Shown piece after piece: positions 11,861 through 25,180 of a DNA stretch of 64,000 nucleotides. Location of the stretch: assembly GCF_006345805.1 (NCBI RefSeq), contig NC_043017.1, positions 24,986,001-25,050,000 on the forward strand, read 5' to 3'. The notes beneath the pieces were generated by a model. It was not told the origin of the DNA and searched no databases. It saw only the letters and a list, made by a program, of their open reading frames with translations. Each line of letters opens with the position of its first letter. Positions within the stretch are counted from its first letter, which is position 1. The stretch is from Octopus sinensis. Its lineage: Eukaryota. The position numbers and the translations under genes were made by a program.

Positions 11861-12383
11861 CCACTAATATTACCAATACTACAATCACAACCAAACTGTG
11901 CCACCACCGTAGCAGCTACTACAACCACTTTTATTACAACACTACACATGCTATTACCACACTACCACCACAACAACAACAACAACCACTACACAAAGAC
12001 TCCTTCCCTCAAATGCCATTGTTTCTACCATCAGCACTACTACTACTACTACCACTGCTCTTACTACTGTTACCATCACAGTTGCCACTGACATCTGCTT
12101 TTTCATAACCATTGCTGCTGCTACATTCACCACTACCACCGACAGTACTGCTGTTACTTTCACCATCACCTTCACCACCACTGCTGCTCCACCGCCACCA
12201 CCACCACCACCACCACTACCATCACTATTCCTGCCATCCATCAACAACTATTCCTATAGATTTCTTTAAGAAAACCATTTCATTTTTATTTCACCTTTTC
12301 ACCTGCTCTGCTTTGTGTTATGCACTCAAGAAATCTGTCTTTTTTGTGTCTTTTCTTTCTCTCTCTGTCTTTGTCTATCTCTG

Positions 12384-12416
<33 letters not shown>

Positions 12417-12764
12417 TATATATCTCTAATTCATTATGTCAATGTATGTAATGTGGTAATTGTGCTGGTAATGGTGGGGAGTATGTGTTGTGTGACTGTG
12501 TGCTTAGATGACCTTATTTACAATGAAGTTGAACTATAGCTGCCCTCTCTCTCCAATAGTTATCAAATGTATATATATTTCCAATAGTAGAGAGAGACAG
12601 AGAGAAAGAAAAAGAAAGAGAGACAGACAGAGATAGAGGTGGCTAGATAGAGACCAGATAAGGCAGACTTCAGATATGTTCTGAAAGTATTGAGCACAAT
12701 GATTAAATTTTAGTATTTAATTCTTCATTGTTTCATCAAATATTCCTCTGTTGTTATATAGTTT

Positions 12765-12817
<53 letters not shown>

Positions 12818-12898
12818 GTAAAAACGGTAAGATAACAAAAGAAAGAAAGAGACCTCAATATTATGTAAATAGAGGAAATTTATCTGTAAAATGATATA

Positions 12899-12989
12899 TG
12901 ACAATTATTCAATAGCCAAGATAAAACTCTGAGTTTCGGATGCCGAGGTGGAAACTCAGAGTTTTATCTTGGCTATTGAATAATTGTCA
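12899..12989. repeat. Perfect inverted repeat, 39-bp arms, 13-nt loop
   Basis: tgacaattattcaatagccaagataaaactctgagtttc / gaaactcagagttttatcttggctattgaataattgtca. Confidence 0.95.
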
Positions 12990-12994
12990 CATAT

Positions 12995-13074
<80 letters not shown>

Positions 13075-13079
<5 letters not shown>

Positions 13080-13465
13080 AGTGGATGTGTGGTAAGTAGC
13101 TTGCTAACCACCACATGGTTCCGGGTTCAGTCCCACTGCGTGGCACCTTGGGCAAGTGTCTTCTGCTATAGCCCCGGGCCGACCAATGCCTTGTGAGTGG
13201 ATTTAGTAGACGGAAACTGAAAGAAGCCCGTCGTATATATGTATATATATATGTGTGTGCGTGTATGTTTGTGTGTCTGTGTTTGTCCCCCTAGCATTGC
13301 TTGACAACTGATGCTGGTGTGTTTACGTCCCTGTTACTTTGCGGTTCGGCAAAAGAGACCGATAGAATAAGTACTGGGCTTACAAAAGAATAAGTCCCGG
13401 GGTTGAGTTGCTCGATTAAAGGCGGTGCTCCAGCATTGCCGCAGTCAAATGACTGAAACAAGAGT
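13075..13465 (+). mobile_element. tRNA-derived SINE family 1, near full length
   Basis: aggagtggatgtgtggtaag...ccgggttcagtcccactgcgtggcaccttgggcaagtg...gtcaaatgactgaaacaag. Confidence 0.9.
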
Positions 13466-15155
13466 ATATATGTAGTTGTTATAAATATAGTTTTAAATTA
13501 TTGCTATTATTTAGTTTCAGGGTCAGCTCTGATGCAGCTGACCTGTGATCAAAGGCATTCCAGCTGGAGCCATCCCATGGCCGCAGCTGGAATGCCTTTT
13601 CTGTACACTATCTGACTTGTCCTTTTCTCATCTAGAGCTTTTGCTATCATATGCTGAACAGGCATATGTCTCATAGCTTTCCAGATATCATCTTCCTATT
13701 TTTTCCCCTTATTAGCATAGTGTACCGGGAAATACATTATCTGTTTTTACAATTCTATATTTCCGAGATGAGGAATTTGCATTACTCAATCAGTATGGAA
13801 TTGACAGAAGACATCAATGTAGACCCCATGACAGTGGTTCCCTGCAAAAGTAGTACTGAGGTTACTTGAACTAAATTCAAAATTTCATATATATATATGA
13901 GAAGGAGACCCCCTTCAGTCATGAATGACCATGGGATTGCACCTAGAAAGTTACCCTAAAAAAATCACTCTATCACTGTTTATGGGCACAGTGTAGCAGA
14001 TAAAGGTATTGGTTAATGCAGTCACCTAGAGGTTTGAGTTCAATCCCTGGCCAGGCACTAAGTTGAATCACAAGACACCTGAAAAAAAGCTCGAGTGTAC
14101 ACAGCTGAAACATGAAAGCAACAATCAAGATGAGTACACCAGTCCAACTAATGTAAATGGTGTATTTCCTTTTTTAAATTTAGTATGATACAATTTGAAG
14201 ATTTGGCTTCTATTTCTAGCAGGTCACGTGTCCCCATAGAGCAGGCATGGCTAACCTTTTGCAAGAAGCAGGTTGTATGAGGGATGACTCATCATCAAGC
14301 ATGCCACACTGCTAAAACATTTCAAGATATTTTTCCATTGAGCTAACCATTAAAATCTTGCTGGCCACATGTGGCCCAGGGGCTGCAGGTTGCTTATGGT
14401 TGCCGTTGAGGCCTCTTTTCCATTTGCTTAACATCTTCAGAGAAGTAATTCCTGGCACATTTCTGAAATTCCAGACCCAATTCTAACAAGTGCCCGAAGC
14501 TTGCTTTGCAACCACATGGTTTAGGGTTCAGTCCCACTGCACAACACCTTGGACAAGTGTCTTCTACTGTAGCCCTGAGCCAACCAACACTTTGTGTGCC
14601 AGCATCAAAGGTAAATGTTAAACGATGATGATAATGAAACTGTGCAAAAGCCCTTCGTGTGTGTGTGTATATATATATAACATATGTATGAATATATGTG
14701 TATACATACACACACACATGCACAGGTGTTTGTGTTTGTCACTCACGGTATAACAACTTGTTGGTTTGTTTACATCCCTATAACTTGGCAGTTTGGCAAA
14801 AGGGATTGATAGAATAAGTATCAAGGTTTAAAAAAAAATATCAGTGTCGATTTGTTCAACTAAAAGCATTTAATGTGGTGCCCTAGCATGGCCACTGCCC
14901 AATGACTGAAATGAGTAATGATTAAAAGATAAGTGATAGTAATAAGTATATTGACTGATAAATCGGTGGAAAGATAAAGAAAAAAAAAAGATTACTGAGT
15001 TCATATCAAGTTCGCTTGAACCTATCGGTTAAAATTGGTTGTGAAAATAGTGAAATCCTAAGTCAAGTGGTTCCCACCACTTTTTATTTAAATGAGTTTA
15101 CCCAGGGATCTCTTTTAATATGCTTATCCCTATGTTTTAATATACTTATCCTTAT

Positions 15156-15465
15156 GCTCAGTGGTTAGAGCATCGAGCTAACGATCGTGAGGTTGTGAAT
15201 TCAATTCCTGGACTGGGCTGCGTGTTGTGTTCTTGAGCAAGACACTTTATTTCACGTTGCTACAGTTCACTCAGCTGTAGAAATGAGTTGCAACATCACT
15301 GGTGCCAAGCTGTATCGGCCTTTGCCTTTCCCTTGGGTAACATCAGTGGCATGGGGAGGGGTGGCTGGTATGCATGGGCGACTGCTGGCCTTCCATAAAC
15401 AACCTTGCTCGGACTTGTGCCTCGGAGGGTAACTTTCTAGGTGCAATCCCATGGTCATTCATGAC
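15156..15465 (+). mobile_element. tRNA-derived SINE family 3
   Basis: Head gctcagtggttagagc...gaattcaattcctgg, body gtgttcttgagcaagacac. Reverse copy at about 54965-55255; related heads at 33070-33315 (-) and 31205-31480 (-). Confidence 0.78.
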
Positions 15466-17237
15466 ATATGTATATATATATGAAATTTTTAATTTAGTTC
15501 AAGGAACCTCAGTACTACTTTTGCAGACTCCAGGTTGGGAACCACTGCTTGTTGCAGATGGAATTTGTTGAGGCATATTTTCTAAAGTCGGAAGCCCTTT
15601 CTCACCTGTTTCTGAGTAAAGTAATATTTTCCTATGACCAGATATACTTTCATGAAAGGCTGGAAATGGACATCAGTTGCATGACAGTAACAATCATTTA
15701 CATCATCATGTGATGTCAGTACAAGGAAACAGTAACACTGCCCACCACACTTAATCTGTTTCTGTCTGTCTGTCTATTCCTCTGTCTGTCAATTCATCTG
15801 TCTGACAGTCTATGTAGATGTCTGTCTATTGTCTGTCAATCTATCTATCTATCTACCTACGTACACACATGTATGCACATTGAACTTCTTTCAGTTTTAA
15901 TTTATTAAATCCACACAAGGCTCTTTTAGTCAGCCTTGGGCTATAGCAGAACACAACAGTGCAAAATGCCAAACAGTGACGCAGAATCCCAAACTTCTTA
16001 CCACACAGCCATACCTGCTTCTAGCAGTACCTACACCTCAACGTGTAAATTAATTAAAATAAATGCTATTGCCTTGAGCAATGGAAAAATTCCAATGTTT
16101 TTAGCTCAGTCTCTGTATCAAGAAAAACAAGACAGAGTTCATGTGCTGTTATCCAGATTTTTCTTTCCCTCACCTTTAATCTTTTACTTGTTTCAGTCGT
16201 TGGACTGCAGTCATCCTGGGGCATCACCTTGAGGGGTTTTAGTCAAACAGATTGACCTCAGTACATGTTTTTAACCCTTTAGCTTTCAGATTATTCTATC
16301 AAATTTAATGCTTATTTATTCAACTGTCTTGAATTAATCACGTATTACTTTGTAGCTAAGACATTTTGGTGGGATGATAGTCATTTTTAGAATGACGTTG
16401 TAGGGTAGGTGTGAGATGCTGGATCTGGCTAGATGGAACATAAAACAAGTTGAGTATTTGGGCCAGATATAGCTGGTTTAATGCTGATGGATTAAGTCTG
16501 GCACTTATTTTATCAGTGTCTTTTGCTGAACCACTAAGTTACAGGGGCATAAGCAAACCAACAATTGTTCTCTGGTGGTAGTAGGGGTATAGACACACAC
16601 ACACACATGTCAGGTTTCCCCACACTTTTACCAAATTCACTCGCAAGGAATGAGTCAACCTGGGGCTATAGTAGAAGACATTTGCCCAAGGTGCTGCATA
16701 GTAGGACTGAACCCAAAACCATATGGTTGCAAAAAGAGCTTCTTGACCACTTGACCATCCCGGCTCCTAAAAAAAAAAAATTATTTGTTTAATACATTTG
16801 TGATGTTCATTCATTCATATTTTTTTTCTGTCCTCAAATGTTTTAAATATTTTAGAAAAAGATAATTGATAGAGCTCTGGTCAGCAGCTGGCCAAGACAC
16901 CAACAGTTTGTATCTAGTTTCTGGTATTACATTGTGTTTACAATGAAGACAACTCACAATATCGTTTACAACAACAATGAATCCATTTAACTCCAAATGA
17001 GAAATGTTAGGGGTATGCGAGCATCCCTCACATTGCGCAAGTACTGCAAAAACCATGACGATGTAGGATTCCATAATGCAAAATGTATTTTTGATTAGTT
17101 TCATCCATTTGTATATTGTGCATCCATTTTTCCATGCTGGCATGGGTCAGACAAATATGTCGAAGTATTGTTTTACAGCCAGGTGCTCTTCCTGACATTA
17201 ACCATGACCTGTTTTTCAAGTAAGGGGTCACACATAT

Positions 17238-17841
17238 CAATGGTTCTCAACCAGCGTCCATATGGCCCTTGGAGGTCCATATACGATTTTGTTGTTGAAA
17301 ATTGCGGGCGATAAATTGGTTATACTTCTACAATATACAAAGTATTTTACCTCGAATGTTGGGCCACACTGAGATGAGGGACGAGGTGGTGAAGCATGAT
17401 CTTCGAATGTTGGGCCTTACGGAGGCAATGAAAAGTGACCGAGACCTTTGGCGATATGCAGTGATCAAGGAGACTCATCAAACCAAGTGAAATTGTAGTC
17501 ATGGCTGTTGTCAGTGTCATATAAATGACCCCCGTGAAATCGTAGTGTGACTGTTGCTTGTGTTATGTAAGTCATGGAGTGGCGTTAGGAAGGGCATCCA
17601 GCTATAGAAACCATGCTGGAACCTGGTGCAGCCCTCACGCTTACCAGTTCCAGTCAAACCGTCTAACCCATGCCAGCATGGAAAGCAGACGCTAAATGAT
17701 GATGACGATGATGAATTCATAATAGTATTTAATTATAAAAGTATAACAAGGATTTTAAAAACCTCAAATGGCTATGAGGGTCCACCTGAGTAAAACAAGA
17801 ATCAAAGGGGTCCATAGGTGAAAAATAGTAGAGAACCACCG
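17238..17841. mobile_element. hAT-like MITE with an RTE 3' end inserted
   Basis: Imperfect TIRs caatggttctcaac / gtagagaaccaccg and repeated ggtccata subterminal motifs. Confidence 0.4.
17360..17715 (+). mobile_element. 3' end of an RTE-type LINE
   Basis: EMRDEVVKHDLRMLGLTEAMKSDRDLWRYAVIKETHQTK*, then the same UTR and (GAT)n tail. Related 3' ends at 5094-5270, 6006-6170, 25230-25650, 34520-34870 and 58860-59215. Confidence 0.75.
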
Positions 17842-18145
17842 CTATACACCATGTGGTGTTGAAGGCAGAATATGAACGCCCAATCCACATCAGCATGGAA
17901 CATGGACATTCGATGATGATGATGAGAGTTGGACACAGGAGCTAATGATTCTTTGTCATTTGGAAAGTTTTGTCTTGTTTAGGACGATCTGTATAAGTGA
18001 AGTAAATTAATGATGTAATATTTCAGTAAAAACTGAAACCTTGTTACAAGCATGATTTCCAGCCATTGTAGTATTACTTATGTTTTATTTTCTGAATTCA
18101 CTTGTTGAATGACTGCTTGATGAATAGCAATCACACACACACACA

Positions 18146-18187
<42 letters not shown>

Positions 18188-18644
18188 AATGCTGGTCATT
18201 CATAGCGTCCTTGTGGGATGGGTGGAAGAGTTGGTTATGAATATATATATATAAATTTTTGTATTTTCTACTTACCACAACAATATATTTAGTTGAGTGA
18301 GTTTTGTCCCAAGTTGCACAGTGATGTCATAGAGAAAAATGTCTGTTTTGACGTTAAGAAATGTAGATTTAAAAAATTTTTAATAATGGATATTATGTAG
18401 ACCAAAAACAGCTGAACATCCGTAACCAACACACTGTAAGCATACAATGAAGTTAGGGTTAGCTCTGTTAGGAGTTATAGAGGGACGGTCAACAAGTACA
18501 AATGTAAAGTGAACGTAATTGTTTGAAATAGTGAGTAGGCATGCAAACCTAATTACATACAGGAATACCTCAGCTTATGTTGATAATTGATTGGTTGAAT
18601 GCATAAAAAGGACGTAACATGGAAAACATTTTTTTTTTTTTTTT

Positions 18645-18832
18645 TTTACTTGTTTCAGTCATTTTGACTGCGGCCATGCTGGAGCACAGCCTTTAGTCGA
18701 GCGAGCAAATCGACCCCGGGACTTATTCTTTGTAAGCCCAATACTTATTCTATCGGTATCTTTTGCCGAACCGCTAAGTGACGGGGACGTAAACACACCA
18801 GCATCGGTTGTCAAGCAATGCTAGGGGGACAA

Positions 18833-18865
<33 letters not shown>

Positions 18866-19039
18866 CATATATACGACAGGCTTCTTTCAGTTTCCGTCTA
18901 CCAAATCCACTCACAAGGCTTTGGTCGGCCCGAGGCTATAGCAGAAGACACTTGCCCAAGGTGCCACGCAGTGGGACTGAACCCGGAACCATGTGGTTCG
19001 TAAGCAAGCTACTCACTACACAACCACTCCTGCGCCTAT
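18645..19039 (-). mobile_element. tRNA-derived SINE family 1, young full-length copy with poly(A) tail
   Basis: High identity to the copies at 113, 13075 and 38013; T-run at 18628-18647. Confidence 0.9.
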
Positions 19040-20757
19040 TTGTTTAAAATTTATCAACTCAGATGTTTTAATAAATGGGTTGTACTTAGTTTTACATGCA
19101 TTTCATTTAATTTCTCCACTTCAATATTTGTGTTGCGGTGTTTCTAATTTTTATACTTTTAAATATGTTTGCTGAGGCTGACATAAAGTTGGATAAATGA
19201 ATTGAAATTGAGCTTTATTTTCCCCATTAATTTCTGTAAAAGAATGATATAAAGTAGAAAAAGATCAAACGCAAAACAGATTGAGGCATGTGTGTGTGTA
19301 AAGATACAGGCATGACTGTCATCATCCTCATCATCACCATCATCATCATTGTTTAATGTCCACCTTCCATTTAGGAGCTGACCAGATAGAAGACTACCCT
19401 AGGCTACTGTGTCTGTTTTGACAAGGTTTTACACCTGGATGCCCTTCCTAATGCCAACTGCTCTACAGAGTGGACTGCGTGCATTTTACATGGCACCAGT
19501 GCAAGTGCGGTCAGTTTTGGCATGGTTTTTACAGCTGGATGCCCTTCCAAATGCCAACCACTTTACAATGTGGACTGGATGATTTTTACGTGGCACCAAC
19601 ACTGGCAGGGTCACCAAGTAACTTGCAAGACAAAGAATTTTGAGAGGAGAGGGGGACATCGGATCCTCTGTTAGATTATGAAAGGTTAGAGTGTGAGAAA
19701 TTTGATTTTCAACCTCATAGTTTCAGACTCATTTCCATTGTGTGGAATCAGTGAGGGGGGGCTGGTGCGCATTGATGCCATCGAGAAGTAGACCCCGAAA
19801 CGGCGCACATTCTCTCCTGATGACCCCATATACTTACTAGCTTCCGGTATACAGAGCTTTTGACTGGAAGCACTTGCATGTGCAAGTTGTTTGCAAGACA
19901 TAGCTTCTCACTGATCAAAGCTTTGTGAGTGAATTTGGTAGAGAGAAACTGAAAGAAGCTTATTGTGTGTGTGTGTGTGTATAGGTGTATGTATGTATGT
20001 ATGTATGTATGTATGTATGTATGTATGTATGTATCCTTGTCTTAACATCATGTGATTGTTATAAATGAATGTCAGTCATTTCCAAAATTCTGCAAAAATA
20101 TATTTGGTCATAGGGAAATATTATCTTGCTTGGGATCAGGTGAGGAGTGGCAACAGGAAATGATATCTGGTCATAGAAAACCTTCCTCAATAAACTCTGT
20201 TTGACCCCTGCAAGCATGGAGAAGTGGACATTAAAATGATGATGGTGGTGTATGAATATATGGGATGGTTGAGTGTAGTCTTTACCACCCCATCACTCTA
20301 AGCGGGATGAAACTTGCAATGCTTACATCATCAGTTGTCCAGTGCATTGGTAATAACATTAATTTATGACCTGTAAACTTTGGAGTTTTCAAAACTGAGA
20401 GAACAAACACAACATGTAATAGCTTATCAGGCGATGTTGTCATGATGACGCTTGTTGCCATAGAAACTTAATACTAAAGATGGTATCAATTTTGGATTTG
20501 ATAAGATATTGATTAATGTATATCTCTGTTTGGGAAGAGGTGTAAAGGACATCTGCACTTGAATTTGAAATTAGGATGTACCTGAAAGGATCAATGTAAA
20601 TAATGGGGGAAACCAATGCTGCTTTTTATTGCTTAGTATATTTTTTTAATCTTTTTTTTTTGCTTGTTTCAGTCATTGGGCTGCAGCCATGCTGGGGCAC
20701 TATCTTGAAGGGTTGGCTTAGTCAAATAGCTTGACCCCCATTATTTATTTTTTTTAA

Positions 20758-20978
20758 CCCTTTAGTGTTCACATTATTCTACCATAATTAATGCTTTTTT
20801 ATCCCCATTGTCTTGAACTAATCATGCATTATCTTGTAGCTTTGAGATTTTGATGAGGTAGCTGTTAATTTTTAAAACGAAATTGTAGGGTTGGTGTGAG
20901 AGACCAGATCTGGCCAGTTTGAACATAAAACAGGCAGAATACTTTTGGCCGGATATGGCCGGTTTAAATGCTAAAGGG
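20758..20978. mobile_element. TTAA-flanked MITE family A (piggyBac-like), about 220 bp
   Basis: CCCTTTAG/CTAAAGGG TIRs with TTAA. Other copies at about 16275-16491, 24001-24221, 39507-39718, 45626-45844, 47675-47895, 48094-48313, 50593-50797 and 62043-62262. Confidence 0.85.
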
Positions 20979-21867
20979 TTAAATCTAGTACTTATTTTGC
21001 AGTCTCTTTTGCCAAATCACTAAGAGGATGTAAACAAATCAACACTGGCGGTCAAGCAATGGTGAGACACAAAAACAGACACACACACATGCACTCACAC
21101 ACACACACACACACACACATGACAGCCTTCCACACAGTTTCTGTCTTGCAAATATACTCACGAGGCAGTGGTCAGTCTGAGGCTATAGTAGAAGACATTT
21201 ACGCAAGGTGCTCTACAGTAGGACTGAACCCAAAACCACATGGTTACAAAGTGAGCTTCTTAACCACATAACCATGGTGGTTTTAGTCAATATATTAAGT
21301 ACCAGTTATATACTGCAATCAAATCAATTGACTACACTGTTTTCCTTCTAGATAATTAAATAATTTGTGCTGGGGCTGGCTGACTCAACAAAGGGTGTTC
21401 AACAGCAGCCAAGAATATTATAATAACCAGTTCTGTGTTGTATTGACTTAGTTTATTACAACCATGACCTTCTCGCTGAAAATAGATATGATATGGAGGA
21501 ATAATTCACTGCAGTGGCAGTGTTGTAGGATTGATATATGATTCATGCTGTTGATGTCAATCATAATTATGTTGATTAATATTGATTTCTTTCTTTGATA
21601 AAGAGCCAACAAGGGAGTCTAGGCTGACAGAAGAGCCTCTGTATGGTTGCCTAGTCTGTTAGAAATACCAGTCAGATATCCCTCAAATTGCAACCTTTGA
21701 TTTTTTTTTTGTTTTTGTTTTTTAACTTTTTTAAGGACACATTGGTCAATTTAGTCCTTGATACATTATTCTTGAAAATAAGGAGATTGGATGGAAATGA
21801 CATAAATGCATTTAACCATGGATTTGCTCACTCAAAACCAATATGGGCTTACACTGACACCACCACC

Positions 21868-21905
<38 letters not shown>

Positions 21906-22630
21906 CACACATATACACACACACTATATATGTATAAAAACATAGAGGTTTGACATGAATATCTAATGTGATTTCAGTTTCCTGACCTTCCTCTTGTAGT
22001 ACAAATTTCAGCATGCAAGAAATTATGCGTATGTGTTGGCATTAATATGTATGCTTCGCATTATACAAAATAGCTGTGTCTTCACAAATTAATGCAAATA
22101 GGGCAGGCTAACTCTAGAATTATGGAACTGTGATATTCTGGTGATCTGACATGCTAGCCTTTTCTGTTCACATTAATTTGTAAAGATACAACTATTTTGT
22201 ATAATGCAGAACATACATATTAATATAAACAGATATACTTAATATCCTTGTATGCTGAAATTCATACCATGTGAAGAAGTGTGCAAAACGGCTGTAATCA
22301 TATGGAAATCATATGGTTAAGTAAATATTTATTCCTCTCTCAAACCTCCTGACTTTGTTTTGTCTATTCCTCACTGTGTAATTTCATCACTTGGATTTTC
22401 TGGATTTCCAGCCACATTGATCCTTGACATTGTATTATTTTGTATTTAATTACTATGTGGACTGGTAGCTGAGTCTGTAAGAAGAGCTTTCTGTGAAAGC
22501 CACATTTTATACTACTCACACACATATATATATACACACACACACACATACATACATGGAAAGCGGACATTAAACGATGATGATGATATACACAGACACA
22601 TACACACATATAGACACACACACACACACA

Positions 22631-22693
<63 letters not shown>

Positions 22694-22800
22694 ATGAGTA
22701 TCAAAGATGCACAGGTGCCAATTCATTACACCCGTTTCAAGCGGTTCCTTTAATTTATTTAATGAAAATAAGACAAGGTAGAAAATGCTAAAATAATTTT

Positions 22801-22836
<36 letters not shown>

Positions 22837-23495
22837 TACATACATTTAACACACCAGGCAAAATGCTTAGTGGTATATCATCCATCTATATATTCATTCT
22901 GATTTCAAATAACGCTGAGATCAACTTCACCTTTCATCCTTTTGGGGTTGGTAAAATGAGTACCAGTTAAACACTGGAGTTGATATAACTGATTTACCCC
23001 TCCCCCGAAATTGCTGGTCTTGTGCCAAAATTTGAAAGCCATATTTGGCAGAAGTAACAATGGCCTAAGGGCCAAGAGTTTAGTGTGTTTAGCACTCACA
23101 ACCAAACGCACACACACACACACATCTATATATGACAGTCTCTGTGCAAGATACGTCATCTATTTGTGTACTTTTGATGATCGGTGTAGCAGAAAATTAT
23201 TTTTAACACACCAGAGAACATACAAATAATCAAATTAACACTACTTGGAAGAAAATTTATTTCAAGTCTTGCTCTAACATAATTTTAGAGATTTAGGGGA
23301 GGTTTATTTTGAAGCAAGATTAGATATGATATCTTACGTAGAATATATATATATTATATCGTATTGCTTTGAACCAGTCACATCTTAATTTCTTGGAATT
23401 TTTGCCAGAAGCAGTCCACAACTATGGGGTGTGAGGTGGGGTTTCTTAATCATATTGCCTCTCTTCTCACATTTTAAGCTTCAATAATCATTTAT

Positions 23496-23538
<43 letters not shown>

Positions 23539-23547
23539 CATCATTAT

Positions 23548-23759
23548 GGCGGTGAGCTGGCAGAATCGTTAACACACTGGGTGAAATGCTTAGTGGTATT
23601 TCATCTGCCACTACGTTCTGAGTTCAAATTCTACCAAGGTCGACTTTGCCTTTAATCCTTTCAGGGTCGATTAAATAAGTACCAGTTACACACTGGGGTT
23701 GATGTAATCGATTTAATCCCTTCCCTCAAATTTGAGGCCTTGTGCTTCCAATAGAAAGG

Positions 23760-23802
<43 letters not shown>

Positions 23803-24895
23803 GTAGTAGTAGTAGTAGTAGTAGTGTTGTTGTTGTTGTTGTTGATGTTATTAAGGTTGTTAGCTGGCAGAATTGTAAGCACATCAATCAAAATATTTGG
23901 CAGCATTTCTTCCGGCTTGTTGCATTCTGAGTTCAAATTCTGTCAAAGTTGACTTTGCCTTTCATCCTTTCAGGGTCTGAGAGCCCATTGTTATTATTAA
24001 CCCTTTAGCATTCAGATTTCTCTGTCAAATGCAAAGCTTCTTGATTCACATTGATATGCATTAGTTGTACCTTGCCTTTGTAGCTTTGAGCTTTCAATGA
24101 TGTGATTGCTTACTTTTAGAATAATATTGTAGGGTAAGTGTGAGAGACCAGATCTGGCCAATTTGAACATAATACAGATAGATTATTTTGGCCAGATATG
24201 GTTGGTTTAAATCCTGAAGGTTTAAAGTCTGAGCTGGTAGAATCATTATGGTGTCGGACAAAAATCTTTGTGATATTTGTTCTGGCTCTCCATGTGATTT
24301 CAAACCCCACCTTGATCAACTTTGCTTTTCTTCCCTCCAGGGTCGGGTCAGTAAAATACCATCCAAGTTTGTTGTCAGCGTAATTAATTAGCCTCTACCC
24401 CTAAACTTGCCAGCCTTGTACCAAAGTTTGAAACTATTCTACTTATTATTAAGAAAATCAGCTGTCAGAATCATTAGCATATTGAATAAAATGCTGAGCA
24501 ATAATTCTTCCAGCTCTTTTATGTTCTGAGTTCAAATCCTGCTTAGGTCAACTTCGCATTTCATCTTTTCAGAGTCAGTAAAATAAAGTACCATCAAGTA
24601 CTAATGTCGATGTAATTGACTTACCCCCTCCCTTCAAAACTTCTGGTCTTAGAAAAGACTATCGTTATTATGATGCTTGTTAAGGTGGTGAGCTGGCAGA
24701 ATCATTAGCATGCCAGGCAAAATGCTTAGCAGCATTTCACCCATCCTTATGTTCTGAGTTCAAATTCCACTGAGGTTGACTTTGACTTTCATCTTTTTGG
24801 GATTGAGAAATGAAGTACCAGTGGAGTCCTGGGGTTGATCTAATCCACTGTCCCCTTTCCCCTAAATTTCAGGCCTTGTGCCTATGCTAGAAAGG

Positions 24896-24946
<51 letters not shown>

Positions 24947-25180
24947 GATTTGGCAGAATAATTGCTGGATAAAATGCTTAGTGGCTTTTTTTCTGGCTTT
25001 ATGTCCTGAGTTCAAATATCACTGAAGTTGACTTTACCTTTCATCCTTTCAGGGTCGACAAATTAAGTACCAGTGAAACACTGGGGTCAATGTAATTGAT
25101 TGGGCCCCTTCCCCCCAAATTTCAGGCCTTGTACCTTTAGTAGAAAGGATTATTATTATTATTATTATTATTATTATAGT
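23548..25180 (+). mobile_element. Head-to-tail cluster of about six SINE family 2 copies separated by (ATT)n tails
   Basis: Repeated ggtgagctggcagaatc...gagttcaaat...gactttgcctttcatcc...aaggattattatt at about 23548, 23860, 24230, 24460, 24685 and 24950. Confidence 0.8.

Noticed and set aside
15156-15230. tRNA-like sequences (also 13075, 31400-31470, 33240-33310, 55180-55250)
   Set aside because: They are SINE heads continuous with repeat bodies and lack a complete cloverleaf.
16811-17143. 110-aa minus-strand ORF with Cys/His residues in unique-looking sequence
   Set aside because: No recognisable domain and no convincing splice sites; it starts inside a repeat.
22242-22250. Other U12-donor-like strings (atatccttg at 22242, gtatccttg near 20030, atatccttc near 32023)
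   Set aside because: No upstream coding exon with an acceptor and no paired branch point; chance matches in intron.
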